Shown here one piece after another: positions 1 to 7,073 of a stretch of DNA of 10,361 nt (its first letter is position 1; each line of letters begins with the position of its first letter). The notes beneath the pieces were generated by a model. It had not been told where the DNA came from and searched no databases. It saw nothing but the letters and a program-made list of their open reading frames with translations. Position numbers and translations under genes: made by a program. Source of the DNA: an uncultured bacterium (lineage in GTDB: Bacteria > JAJVIF01 > JAPKYR01); contig CBDURU010000122.1 in the NCBI GenBank assembly GCA_965369865.1, positions 1 to 10,361 on the forward strand, given 5' to 3'.

Positions 1-55
1 CGGAGTTTGCGGCGTAAGTGTTTATATTTGGGACTTCCTGACATTGATTGAAAAG

Positions 56-91
56 CCCCCCCCTGTAATCCCCCCTCCGGGGGGATGGTGT
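56..91. repeat. Small dispersed hairpin repeat, copy 1 (C8-TGTAAT-C6-TCC-G6-ATGGTGT)
   Basis: 33/36 identical to 10286-10321 in the same orientation. Contains an 8-bp stem ATCCCCCC/GGGGGGAT with a 3-nt loop. Lies just past the 3' end of comM. Confidence 0.85.
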
Positions 92-124
92 ATCGATGTC
101 TAAGAAAAAAGTCGATCGTGCGGC

Positions 125-1648
125 CTACTGGCTTCTGTCCAGCATACGATATTGAATCGCCTCGGCGACCTGGGCGGTTGTTATCCTGTCAATCCCCTCC
201 AGATCGGCAATTGTCCTCGAAATCTTGAAAACACGGTTGTACGCCCGGGCGGACAGGCCAAGCGAATCGACGGCTCTTTTCATCAAGGCAAGGGCTTCAT
301 CGGGAATCGCGCAGAATTCCCTGATCTCCCGTTCCCCCATCTGGGCATTGGCCCATATCCCCCGATCCTTGAATCTTGCAGCCTGTCGCTCCCTGGCCTT
401 GTCCACCCTGGCGCGGATTACATCCGAGCGCTCACCTTCAGTCGGCACCTTGAGTTTGTCGAAAGGCACCCTTGGCACCGTGATATGAAGGTCGATCCTG
501 TCGAGAAGCGGTCCGGAGATCCTCTGCCTGTACTGGTGAATTTTCGCCTGCGAGCAGGTGCAGTCCTTGACGGAATCACCGTAATACCCGCATTGGCACG
601 GATTCATCGCACATACAAGCATAAAGTTGGACGGGAATGTCAGTGTGCCACTCGCGCGGGAAATAGTAACTTTTCGATCCTCGAGCGGTTGGCGCATGAC
701 CTCAAGTACGTCCCGTTTGAATTCCGGCAGCTCATCGAGGAACAGGACACCCAGATGTGCTAATGATACCTCTCCCGGAGATGGGGTTGTCCCTCCTCCC
801 ACCAGCCCCGCTGGTGAGATGGTGTGATGGGGTCCCCTGAACGGACGCTTTTTAACAAGGCCGTTCTCATCTCCTACGAGCCCCATTATCGAATGTATCT
901 TCGTAATTTCTAAAGCCTCATCAAATTTAAGTTCCGGCAGGATCGTCCAGAGCCGTTTTGCAATCATGCTTTTACCGCTGCCGGGTGGCCCAATCATTAT
1001 CAGGTTATGATGGCCCGCGGATGCGATCTCGCAAGCACGTTTCGCGGCTTCCTGCCCTCGAACCTCCTGGAAATCGACCGCTGATTCTGAGATTTCCTCT
1101 TTCTGGACCTGACTGTTCCTGAACGGAGCTATCGTTCCATACCCGCCCAAATGGTCGATTATTTCCCTGAGATGTTTGACAGGAAACACACTCACTTTCG
1201 AAACAAGGGACGCTTCATACCGATTCGAGTGGGGGCAGACAAATCCCGTACGGTTATCCTCGGAAGCCCGGATAGCCGTCGGCAGGATCCCGGGAACCGA
1301 CCGTACGCCGCCATCGAGCGCGAGTTCTCCAACTACATGAAGGTCTTTAAGCTCATCCTTGTCGATTTGACCGGTAGCCGCGAGGATCCCGAGGGCGATA
1401 GGCAGGTCGTACATAGCCCCGGCCTTACGAACATCCCCGGGAGCCAGGTTGACGACTATTTTTCTTAAAGGAAACGAGTACCCTGAGTTATGGATAGCCG
1501 CCCTCACACGCTCCCGCGATTCCATTACAGCGGCATCGGGAAGCCCGACAAGGTCGAATTTCGTAATTTGCGATGAAATATCGACCTCAACCTCGACAGG
1601 TATGGCGTTGATTCCGAGAAGGGTTGAAGAATGTACGGTAGCAAGCAT
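125..1648 (-). CDS. comM: YifB/ComM family Mg-chelatase-like AAA+ ATPase
   Basis: 507 aa. N-terminal VEVEVD..GLPDAAV.ESRERVR and NLAP.D..K.G..YDLPIALGIL motifs, Walker A GPPGSGKS, PFR.PHH, Walker B LFLDE, NPCQCG..C.C cysteine cluster, SGPLLDRIDL. GGTGA SD-like sequence upstream. Confidence 0.95.
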   Translation of the reverse strand: MLATVHSSTLLGINAIPVEVEVDISSQITKFDLVGLPDAAVMESRERVRAAIHNSGYSFPLRKIVVNLAPGDVRKAGAMYDLPIALGILAATGQIDKDELKDLHVVGELALDGGVRSVPGILPTAIRASEDNRTGFVCPHSNRYEASLVSKVSVFPVKHLREIIDHLGGYGTIAPFRNSQVQKEEISESAVDFQEVRGQEAAKRACEIASAGHHNLIMIGPPGSGKSMIAKRLWTILPELKFDEALEITKIHSIMGLVGDENGLVKKRPFRGPHHTISPAGLVGGGTTPSPGEVSLAHLGVLFLDELPEFKRDVLEVMRQPLEDRKVTISRASGTLTFPSNFMLVCAMNPCQCGYYGDSVKDCTCSQAKIHQYRQRISGPLLDRIDLHITVPRVPFDKLKVPTEGERSDVIRARVDKARERQAARFKDRGIWANAQMGEREIREFCAIPDEALALMKRAVDSLGLSARAYNRVFKISRTIADLEGIDRITTAQVAEAIQYRMLDRSQ

Positions 1649-1828
1649 TTTTAATCACCAGGTCCTCACAGGATTTTTAAAGCAATATGCCAGAATCCCT
1701 GTTTTTGAAGAATTTTTAAAAAAATGAGCAGTTTCCATTGAAATATGGTACGATCCTTCCATGACACAACTCCCTGGACAGGATTTTTGATTAAAACTGA
1801 TCCATGGCGTTAGTAAACGAGAGAGAAT

Positions 1829-2137
1829 ATGAACATCTATGTAGGCAATCTTGGCTACGAACAGACCGAAGATGAACTTAAAGTCGCTTTTGAGGCTTTT
1901 GGGGAGGTCGAATCTGCAAGGATTATTACTGATCGCGATACCGGCCGTTCGAAAGGTTTTGGTTTCGTGGAGATGCTTGACAATGATCAAGCAGTAGCAG
2001 CCATTGACGGACTTAATGGGACTGACTTTGGTGGTCGTACGATTACCGTGAATGAGTCTCGTCCAAGACCACCACGTGGTGATAGCCGTGGTGGCGGTGG
2101 TGGTCGTCGCGGCGGCGGCGGTCGTAACCGATACTGA
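1829..2137 (+). CDS. RRM (RNP-1) RNA-binding protein with Gly/Arg-rich tail
   Basis: RNP2 IYVGNL, RNP1 KGFGFVEM, DRDTGRS loop, C-terminal RGGGGGRRGGGG. Confidence 0.95.
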   Translation: MNIYVGNLGYEQTEDELKVAFEAFGEVESARIITDRDTGRSKGFGFVEMLDNDQAVAAIDGLNGTDFGGRTITVNESRPRPPRGDSRGGGGGRRGGGGRNRY

Positions 2138-2167
2138 TTTCTCATCTGTATTACGTAGTGTGATCAT

Positions 2168-2422
2168 TTGCACGAGCGTGATATTGAGAAAATCCTTAAT
2201 GAAGCACTGAGACGGCTCGGTGTTGAAATACGTCAGGAACAGATTGATTATGGATCTGGCGGGTTTTGTCGACTCGATAACGATCCAATCATTGTATATT
2301 CCCCTTTTCTATCAAGGAAAAAGAGAATCGACCTTTTCCTCCAGGCGTTAAAAAAACTCGATACATCCGGGATATTTTTGCCACCCTTTATCCGGGATAA
2401 ATTGGATGAGCTGGATCCCTGA
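2168..2422 (+). CDS. Small hypothetical protein (84 aa, TTG start)
   Basis: Protein-like composition with LGVEIR..GGFCRL..IIV..IFLPP.IR pattern. Lies 30 nt after the RRM gene and fills the gap to the convergent gene. Start codon uncertain. Confidence 0.75.
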   Translation: MHERDIEKILNEALRRLGVEIRQEQIDYGSGGFCRLDNDPIIVYSPFLSRKKRIDLFLQALKKLDTSGIFLPPFIRDKLDELDP

Positions 2423-2431
2423 TTCATATAC

Positions 2432-2460
2432 CTAACGTGTGGGAAGGCGAAAACCTGACA
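2432..2460 (-). promoter_or_regulatory. Repeated motif copy 1, putative ECF-sigma promoter (TGTCAGG-N16-CGTT)
   Basis: 24/29 identical to 8859-8887. On the minus strand, -35-like TGTCAGG (2460-2454), 16-nt spacer, -10-like CGTT (2437-2434). The repeat is seen directly; the promoter function is inferred. Confidence 0.5.
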
Positions 2461-2486
2461 CTAAAACAGGCTTTTTAGAGGATTTT

Positions 2487-4718
2487 TTACAGACTGGGAT
2501 GATCATCCGGATTGAGTTCACTGGCAGGGCCTGATTCATAATCGGTACCCCATTCGGTTACATCCGGGAAATCAATGGTTTCGATACTGTCAGTTACGGG
2601 CAAATTCACCTTATAAAGCACTACACCCCAGCCCGATCCGGAACGGAATTCTTCTTCAAGAATCCCCGCATCGATGAATTTAATGATTACTCCGGCCATT
2701 GCATAGTCCATCCCGCGTGATTTAAGGATTTCGATTCTTTCACGGGTGACAAGGTGATTCCCGCCCGGGGTCCCATCGTAAACTACAGGCAACCCGCCAT
2801 AATGGCCGAATCTCACCAGTTGTTCCTCGGTGAAGAAGCCATCAAGTCCAAATTCGTTGCCAGCTTCGATTGTCCGTGGAGCGTCCATCCATGCCGCATC
2901 ACGATCCCCAAGGATTTCAGAGATAACCAGAAGCGCGAACCCGCCATTTACGGATTCAAGCGTTGAGTCGAGGATGAAATGAGTGACCCCAAGTGTACGC
3001 CAGTTCGCGATTATTTCAGACGGCTCCGATGACCATGAAATTGTCATGCTGGATTCGATCCCGGGCTTTACTACGATTGCCCGGGTTGTGAGATAATAAA
3101 GTTTAGGGTCTGTTGTAAGAATCAGATCATGCTCAAAGTCAAATATTACATTGGCCCATTGGATCGTGGCATAACCCTCAAACGATTCCAAAATGGCAAA
3201 TGACCGAGCGTCTTTGGAGAAATACTGGGGAATTATTTCAATCGTACGTTTTCCGGCCATGGCGAATACAACAATAAAGGGTAATGCAAGCACAATCAGC
3301 AATAATATTTTCCCGGGACCAGGCCATGTTTTTCTGATTTCTGAAAGAACAAAGGCTGACAGGATCGCCATAGCGGTCCAGGTTGGGAACATATACCTCG
3401 GGAATGCCGGTGCGAGGAAGAAATTAATTACCATCGTCATGAGTGATAACACGAGAATCAAGCGAAGATTTAAATAAACCGAGTTTTGTTGCTTTTTTAA
3501 TGCATAAAAGATCGCTGGTGGGAAAAGAGCAAGCCAGGCGGGATGTATGGCGAGATACCAGGGACGAAGATCCCAGTAGTCCATCGTCAGGTGCCAGAGA
3601 TAGCCGAGAAACCCGGGAATTGAACGCGGGTAGTCCGAAGAGGCGAATGATTCGACCGATAAACTTCCAACCAGGCCTCCACTGCTGTTGGCCAGGTTAC
3701 CAAGGTAGGGAAATATCGGGTCACCGGTCCAGTAGTAGCTGTAAATATACCAGGGCAGGGGTATAAGAATCGTAAATAATGTGATTAAAAGTGAAGCTGA
3801 AATCCAGGCGGTCGCTGGTTTCTTTTCGGAAATAAATTTCCAGATCACAATTACGAGGAATGCAGGCAGAAACAGTAGCCCGAGATGCTTGGTCGCCGAC
3901 GCGCATCCAATCATGATCCCGATCAGAATGCTTTTTCTCAAATTTATTTCGGTTACGGACTCCAGAAGAAGCGCAAGTGCGAGAAGGCAGTAGGTCAGAA
4001 ATGGAAGGTCAATTACACCGGAAAACGGAAGCTCGAATGTGAGCGGCGCACCCAGAAAAAGAATAATCGCCCAAAGACCGATCCGCTGATTTCCGAGGCT
4101 TACTCCAATCGATAGAAAAGCCAGGGACAACGGAATGAGATATATCCAGCTCATTGCACCGGCAAGGAATTCACCACCGACGCCAAGTCCGAGCGTGAAA
4201 AGCATCTCCCCAAGCGATGGATAAAAAGCGAAGGGATTCCCAAAGTCGGGGATGAGAGACCCAGCCAGGAGCAAACGCTTCGGAATTGCGTAGTGATGGA
4301 CAGCCGCGTCCCATCCGACAGCCGCGTTCCCCGCGTTAATCAAATCGAGAAGGAATAAAATGCCGATTGTAAAAACGAGAACCTTGTCACCGCTTAATTT
4401 GAGATCGGGTGCGATTTCACGAATTCGTCCGGGGAGGTTCTTAAGCCGTGCAACTGTCTTATGAATTGTGAGAACGAACGGGATAATCACGATCAAGATC
4501 AAAATTAGGCTGAATCCAGTCAGGCTTCCTGTGAGCATTATCAGATAGCTCAACAGGGCAAAACCGATTCCGATTGACAATCCATCCCGAAGGTTTTTAC
4601 CCACACCCGGTACTAACAGGTCCACAAGGAACCGCCCGATCTGATACCAGGAGATGACTACCAGTATGAGTACAAGAATCTCCAGCGGCTCAAACCCCCC
4701 TGCTATCCAGGAAATCAC
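2487..4718 (-). CDS. Polytopic membrane protein, probable GT-C fold glycosyltransferase (ArnT/PMT-like) with soluble C-terminal domain
   Basis: 743 aa with many hydrophobic helices over roughly the first 490 residues. Loop motifs WDAAVHHYAIPK, A.ATKH, PWY..TGDPIFP and RY.FP are typical of such proteins. The GTG start has an in-frame TGA four codons upstream. Confidence 0.75.
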   Translation of the reverse strand: MISWIAGGFEPLEILVLILVVISWYQIGRFLVDLLVPGVGKNLRDGLSIGIGFALLSYLIMLTGSLTGFSLILILIVIIPFVLTIHKTVARLKNLPGRIREIAPDLKLSGDKVLVFTIGILFLLDLINAGNAAVGWDAAVHHYAIPKRLLLAGSLIPDFGNPFAFYPSLGEMLFTLGLGVGGEFLAGAMSWIYLIPLSLAFLSIGVSLGNQRIGLWAIILFLGAPLTFELPFSGVIDLPFLTYCLLALALLLESVTEINLRKSILIGIMIGCASATKHLGLLFLPAFLVIVIWKFISEKKPATAWISASLLITLFTILIPLPWYIYSYYWTGDPIFPYLGNLANSSGGLVGSLSVESFASSDYPRSIPGFLGYLWHLTMDYWDLRPWYLAIHPAWLALFPPAIFYALKKQQNSVYLNLRLILVLSLMTMVINFFLAPAFPRYMFPTWTAMAILSAFVLSEIRKTWPGPGKILLLIVLALPFIVVFAMAGKRTIEIIPQYFSKDARSFAILESFEGYATIQWANVIFDFEHDLILTTDPKLYYLTTRAIVVKPGIESSMTISWSSEPSEIIANWRTLGVTHFILDSTLESVNGGFALLVISEILGDRDAAWMDAPRTIEAGNEFGLDGFFTEEQLVRFGHYGGLPVVYDGTPGGNHLVTRERIEILKSRGMDYAMAGVIIKFIDAGILEEEFRSGSGWGVVLYKVNLPVTDSIETIDFPDVTEWGTDYESGPASELNPDDHPSL

Positions 4719-4833
4719 GGATGAAATTCACAAAAAACAGGACGTAGACCAGAGCGGTCCAGAGAGCGATCGCGAGTCCCCATATCCAGTGGGGTGTCTT
4801 TCCATCACCATTCTTTTCCTGGTGATTATCCAT
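4690..4833 (-). CDS. Unannotated 47-aa single-TM small protein (or frameshifted N-terminus of the GT-C gene)
   Basis: MDNHQEKNGDGKTPHWIWGLAIALWTALVYVLFFVNFIRDFLDSRGV*. One clean TM helix. Overlaps the downstream gene start by 29 nt. ATG lies 7 nt after an extended -10 TGgTATCAT. Confidence 0.7.
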   Translation of the reverse strand: MDNHQEKNGDGKTPHWIWGLAIALWTALVYVLFFVNFIRDFLDSRGV

Positions 4834-4840
4834 AATCGAG

Positions 4841-4849
4841 ATGATACCA
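4841..4849 (-). promoter_or_regulatory. Extended -10 promoter (TGgTATCAT) for the small ORF/GT-C unit
   Basis: Minus strand reads TGG TATCAT CTCGATT ATG. No good -35 element. Confidence 0.5.
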
Positions 4850-4864
4850 GACAATTTCCAATTT

Positions 4865-4893
4865 TTGACTTAAAACCCAGGTTGTTTCATAAT
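4865..4893 (+). promoter_or_regulatory. sigma70-type promoter for the MBL/beta-CASP gene
   Basis: TTGACT (4865-4870), 17-nt spacer, CATAAT (4888-4893). ATG follows 10 nt later. Confidence 0.65.
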
Positions 4894-4903
4894 CATCCCC
4901 TGT

Positions 4904-6592
4904 ATGGATCTTACATTTCTAGGCGCAACCAGGACAGTTACCGGATCGTCTTACCTCATCTCATCCGGTGGATACCGCGTGATGGTCGACTGCGGCCTGT
5001 ACCAGGGACTTCCGGAATTGAGGGAACGTAACTATACTCACCCGACAGTCAACTGGTCGGAAGTCGACGCGATCGTTCTCACTCACGCCCATATCGATCA
5101 TAGTGGGCTTATCCCTCGAGCTGTCAAACTAGGATTTAACGGACCGATTTTCGCACATCCCGCGACACTCGACCTTGCGGAGATCATGCTCACGGATTCG
5201 GCTGAGATTCATGAGGGAGATGCAAGGTGGTTGAACCGCAAACGCCTGCGCGCCGGAAAACCACCGGTCGTGCCTTTATTTGATCTGAAGGATGTCGGCG
5301 ATTCACTCAGGATGTTTCGGAGGATCGAGTACGAGGATCCGTTCAACGTGGTTCCCGGAATAACCGCGGAGCTTCATGACGCCGGGCATATCCTCGGAGC
5401 GGCTTCGATCGGGATGGACATTGAGGAAGGGAATTTAAAAAAGCGTATCGTGTTCTCGGGCGATATCGGTAATCACCTGGCGCCGATTTTGAAAGAACCA
5501 TACGGTTTCGAACGTGCCGATGCGGTCCTGATCGAAACCACCTATGGAAACCGTCTACACGACACTCCTGAAAATCGATGGCTGAAGCTGAAAGAAATCA
5601 TCATCAAGGCTCAAAAAAACCAGGCAAAAGTAATGATTCCAGCGTTTACTGTCGGGCGAACCCAGGAGCTTCTTTACATCCTCGGTGAGATGATGTCGGC
5701 TGGTGAAATTCCTCCGGTCAAAATATTTCTTGACAGCCCTATGGCAATTTCGGCGACTGAGGTCCATGAAAAGCATCCGGAATGTTTCGACAGGCTAACG
5801 ATGGATCGTATCAGGAAAGGAGAGAACCCGTTCCATCCATCCTCATTGGAGTTCACAAGAACGGTTTCAGAATCGAGGAAAATTAACACTTATAATTCAA
5901 CAGCGATTATTATCGCGGGTGGCGGCATGTGCGAAGGCGGCAGGATCGTGCATCACCTGAAACACAACTTGTATAATCCCAAAAACCATCTGGTCATTGT
6001 TGGTTACCAGGCAGTGGGAACACTTGGACGGGTAATCCTGAACGGCGCAAAAAAAATCCGGTTGTTTGGGGAGAAGATCGCGGTCAAAGCGCAGGTATCG
6101 ACTATTAACGCTTTTAGCGCGCATGCCGATCGCGATGGTTTGATCGACTGGCTTAAGTTCCTGAAAAAACCGCCGGAGATAGTTTTCATGGTCCATGGTG
6201 AGGAGAAACCAGGCCAGGAATTCGCTGAAACTGTGCGGGAGGAACTTGGCTACAATTCGTACATGCCAAAACTCGGACAGAGAATCGATCTTGCGAAACT
6301 GGATGGAGTCAGAGATGGAAAACGTGAATTCATAACCGCTCCGACTCCCGGTGTTCGGGATGTGAACGAGATTATCGCGCGGGTGAGTACGCTTGGCGAT
6401 GAGTTCCGTTCGATGATTGAAAAATATACCACCGAACTTGCCAGGAGGATTAAAAAGGCTGAAGCCGATGGCAGGGAGCCTCACTGGAGGACTGAGGATG
6501 TTAGTCAGGTTTTACATCACCTGTCTGAGATTCTGGATGGTGATATTGATAAACTGGAATCTCTAATGTCTCAGGACGGCAATGATGTATAA
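4904..6592 (+). CDS. MBL-fold beta-CASP metallo-hydrolase (predicted RNA-metabolising nuclease) with C-terminal extension
   Basis: FLGA...VTGS, DCG, THAHIDH (HxHxDH), AGHILG, FSGDIG, ETTYG, GRTQE, GMCEGGRIVHHL, FSAHAD and VHGE motifs. Confidence 0.93.
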   Translation: MDLTFLGATRTVTGSSYLISSGGYRVMVDCGLYQGLPELRERNYTHPTVNWSEVDAIVLTHAHIDHSGLIPRAVKLGFNGPIFAHPATLDLAEIMLTDSAEIHEGDARWLNRKRLRAGKPPVVPLFDLKDVGDSLRMFRRIEYEDPFNVVPGITAELHDAGHILGAASIGMDIEEGNLKKRIVFSGDIGNHLAPILKEPYGFERADAVLIETTYGNRLHDTPENRWLKLKEIIIKAQKNQAKVMIPAFTVGRTQELLYILGEMMSAGEIPPVKIFLDSPMAISATEVHEKHPECFDRLTMDRIRKGENPFHPSSLEFTRTVSESRKINTYNSTAIIIAGGGMCEGGRIVHHLKHNLYNPKNHLVIVGYQAVGTLGRVILNGAKKIRLFGEKIAVKAQVSTINAFSAHADRDGLIDWLKFLKKPPEIVFMVHGEEKPGQEFAETVREELGYNSYMPKLGQRIDLAKLDGVRDGKREFITAPTPGVRDVNEIIARVSTLGDEFRSMIEKYTTELARRIKKAEADGREPHWRTEDVSQVLHHLSEILDGDIDKLESLMSQDGNDV

Positions 6593-6608
6593 CTTTGGAT
6601 AACTTTTA

Positions 6609-6637
6609 TTGACACAATATGTAAGGGGTGCTAGACT
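6609..6637 (+). promoter_or_regulatory. sigma70 promoter of the thi operon
   Basis: Perfect -35 TTGACA (6609-6614), 17-nt spacer ending in TGc, -10 TAGACT (6632-6637), just upstream of the riboswitch. Confidence 0.8.
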
Positions 6638-6665
6638 CTGGTAGAAATTTAACATATAACAAATA

Positions 6666-6777
6666 ACCGGAGGGGTGCCCGGATGGGATATAAACCGATC
6701 CCATCAGAGGGCTGAGAGGTAATAGATTACCAACCCTTGAGAACCTGATCTGGATAATACCAGCGTAGGGACTCGGT
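6666..6777 (+). promoter_or_regulatory. TPP riboswitch (THI element) aptamer
   Basis: GGGGTGC...GCTGAGA...ACCC..GAACCTGATCTGGATAATACCAGCGTAGGGA matches the consensus. Stems GATGGGAT/ATCCCATC and GGTAAT/ATTACC. Sits upstream of thiS/thiG. Confidence 0.97.
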
Positions 6778-6795
6778 AGAGCCTGAAAATCACCT

Positions 6796-6828
6796 CCCTC
6801 CGAATTCAAACGGGGGTTTTTTTATTTT
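6796..6828 (+). terminator. Riboswitch-associated intrinsic terminator
   Basis: Hairpin CCTCCG-aattcaaa-CGGGGG followed by TTTTTTTATTTT. Confidence 0.8.
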
Positions 6829-6854
6829 AATAAACGAAAATGAGTGATTTTTTT

Positions 6855-7073
6855 ATGGCAGATGGCGGCACAATCGCACTCAGTATTAACGGGAAGGACG
6901 AGAAACTTCCAGCCGGTACAACCCTGGTTGACTTTCTGGAGCAGAAAGGTTTGCCTATCCCGGCAATAGTTGTGGAGTACAACAAGGACGTTCTTCCGAA
7001 GGGCAAGTACGATGGGATCGTACTCGCGGATGGCGACAACCTTGAAATAATCCAGGTGATAGGTGGCGGCTAG
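6855..7073 (+). CDS. thiS: Sulfur carrier protein ThiS
   Basis: 72 aa from ATG 6855 (alternative start 6840). INGK, VVEYN..V, L.DGD.LEII and C-terminal GGG. First gene after the TPP riboswitch. Confidence 0.95.
   Translation: MADGGTIALSINGKDEKLPAGTTLVDFLEQKGLPIPAIVVEYNKDVLPKGKYDGIVLADGDNLEIIQVIGGG

Noticed and set aside
14..55. Third CCTGACA (38-44) and possible IS-end-like sequence GGGACTTCCTGACA..TTGAAAAGCCCC
   Set aside because: There is no CGTT at the 16-nt spacing, so it is not a third motif copy. No transposase or matching end is visible and the context is cut off by the window edge.
152..1727. Several plus-strand ORFs inside comM, and similar antisense ORFs inside the GT-C, MBL, thiG and thiC genes
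   Set aside because: They lie opposite well-supported conserved genes and have no motifs of their own.
1668..1788. ACAGGATTTTT occurring twice in the comM-RRM intergenic region
   Set aside because: Short and low-complexity in an AT-rich spacer; I cannot distinguish it from chance.
2076..2124. GGT/GGC/CGT triplet repeats
   Set aside because: They simply encode the RGG tail typical of bacterial RRM proteins.
1655..2173. 172-aa minus-strand ORF with a Thr/Ala run
   Set aside because: Shadow of the RRM gene; the TTAAAATTT run is the reverse complement of the Gly/Arg codons.
2430..2436. Integron-like core sites (ACCTAAC here and GTCTAAC at 8857-8863 match RYYYAAC/GTTRRRY)
   Set aside because: I found no partner core site or attC-like palindrome at a suitable distance, and no integrase is in the window. 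The ECF-promoter reading explains more of the motif.
4654..5031. 125-aa plus-strand ORF spanning the divergent region
   Set aside because: It overlaps both flanking genes and the promoters and has no recognisable features; the minus-strand 47-aa ORF is better supported.
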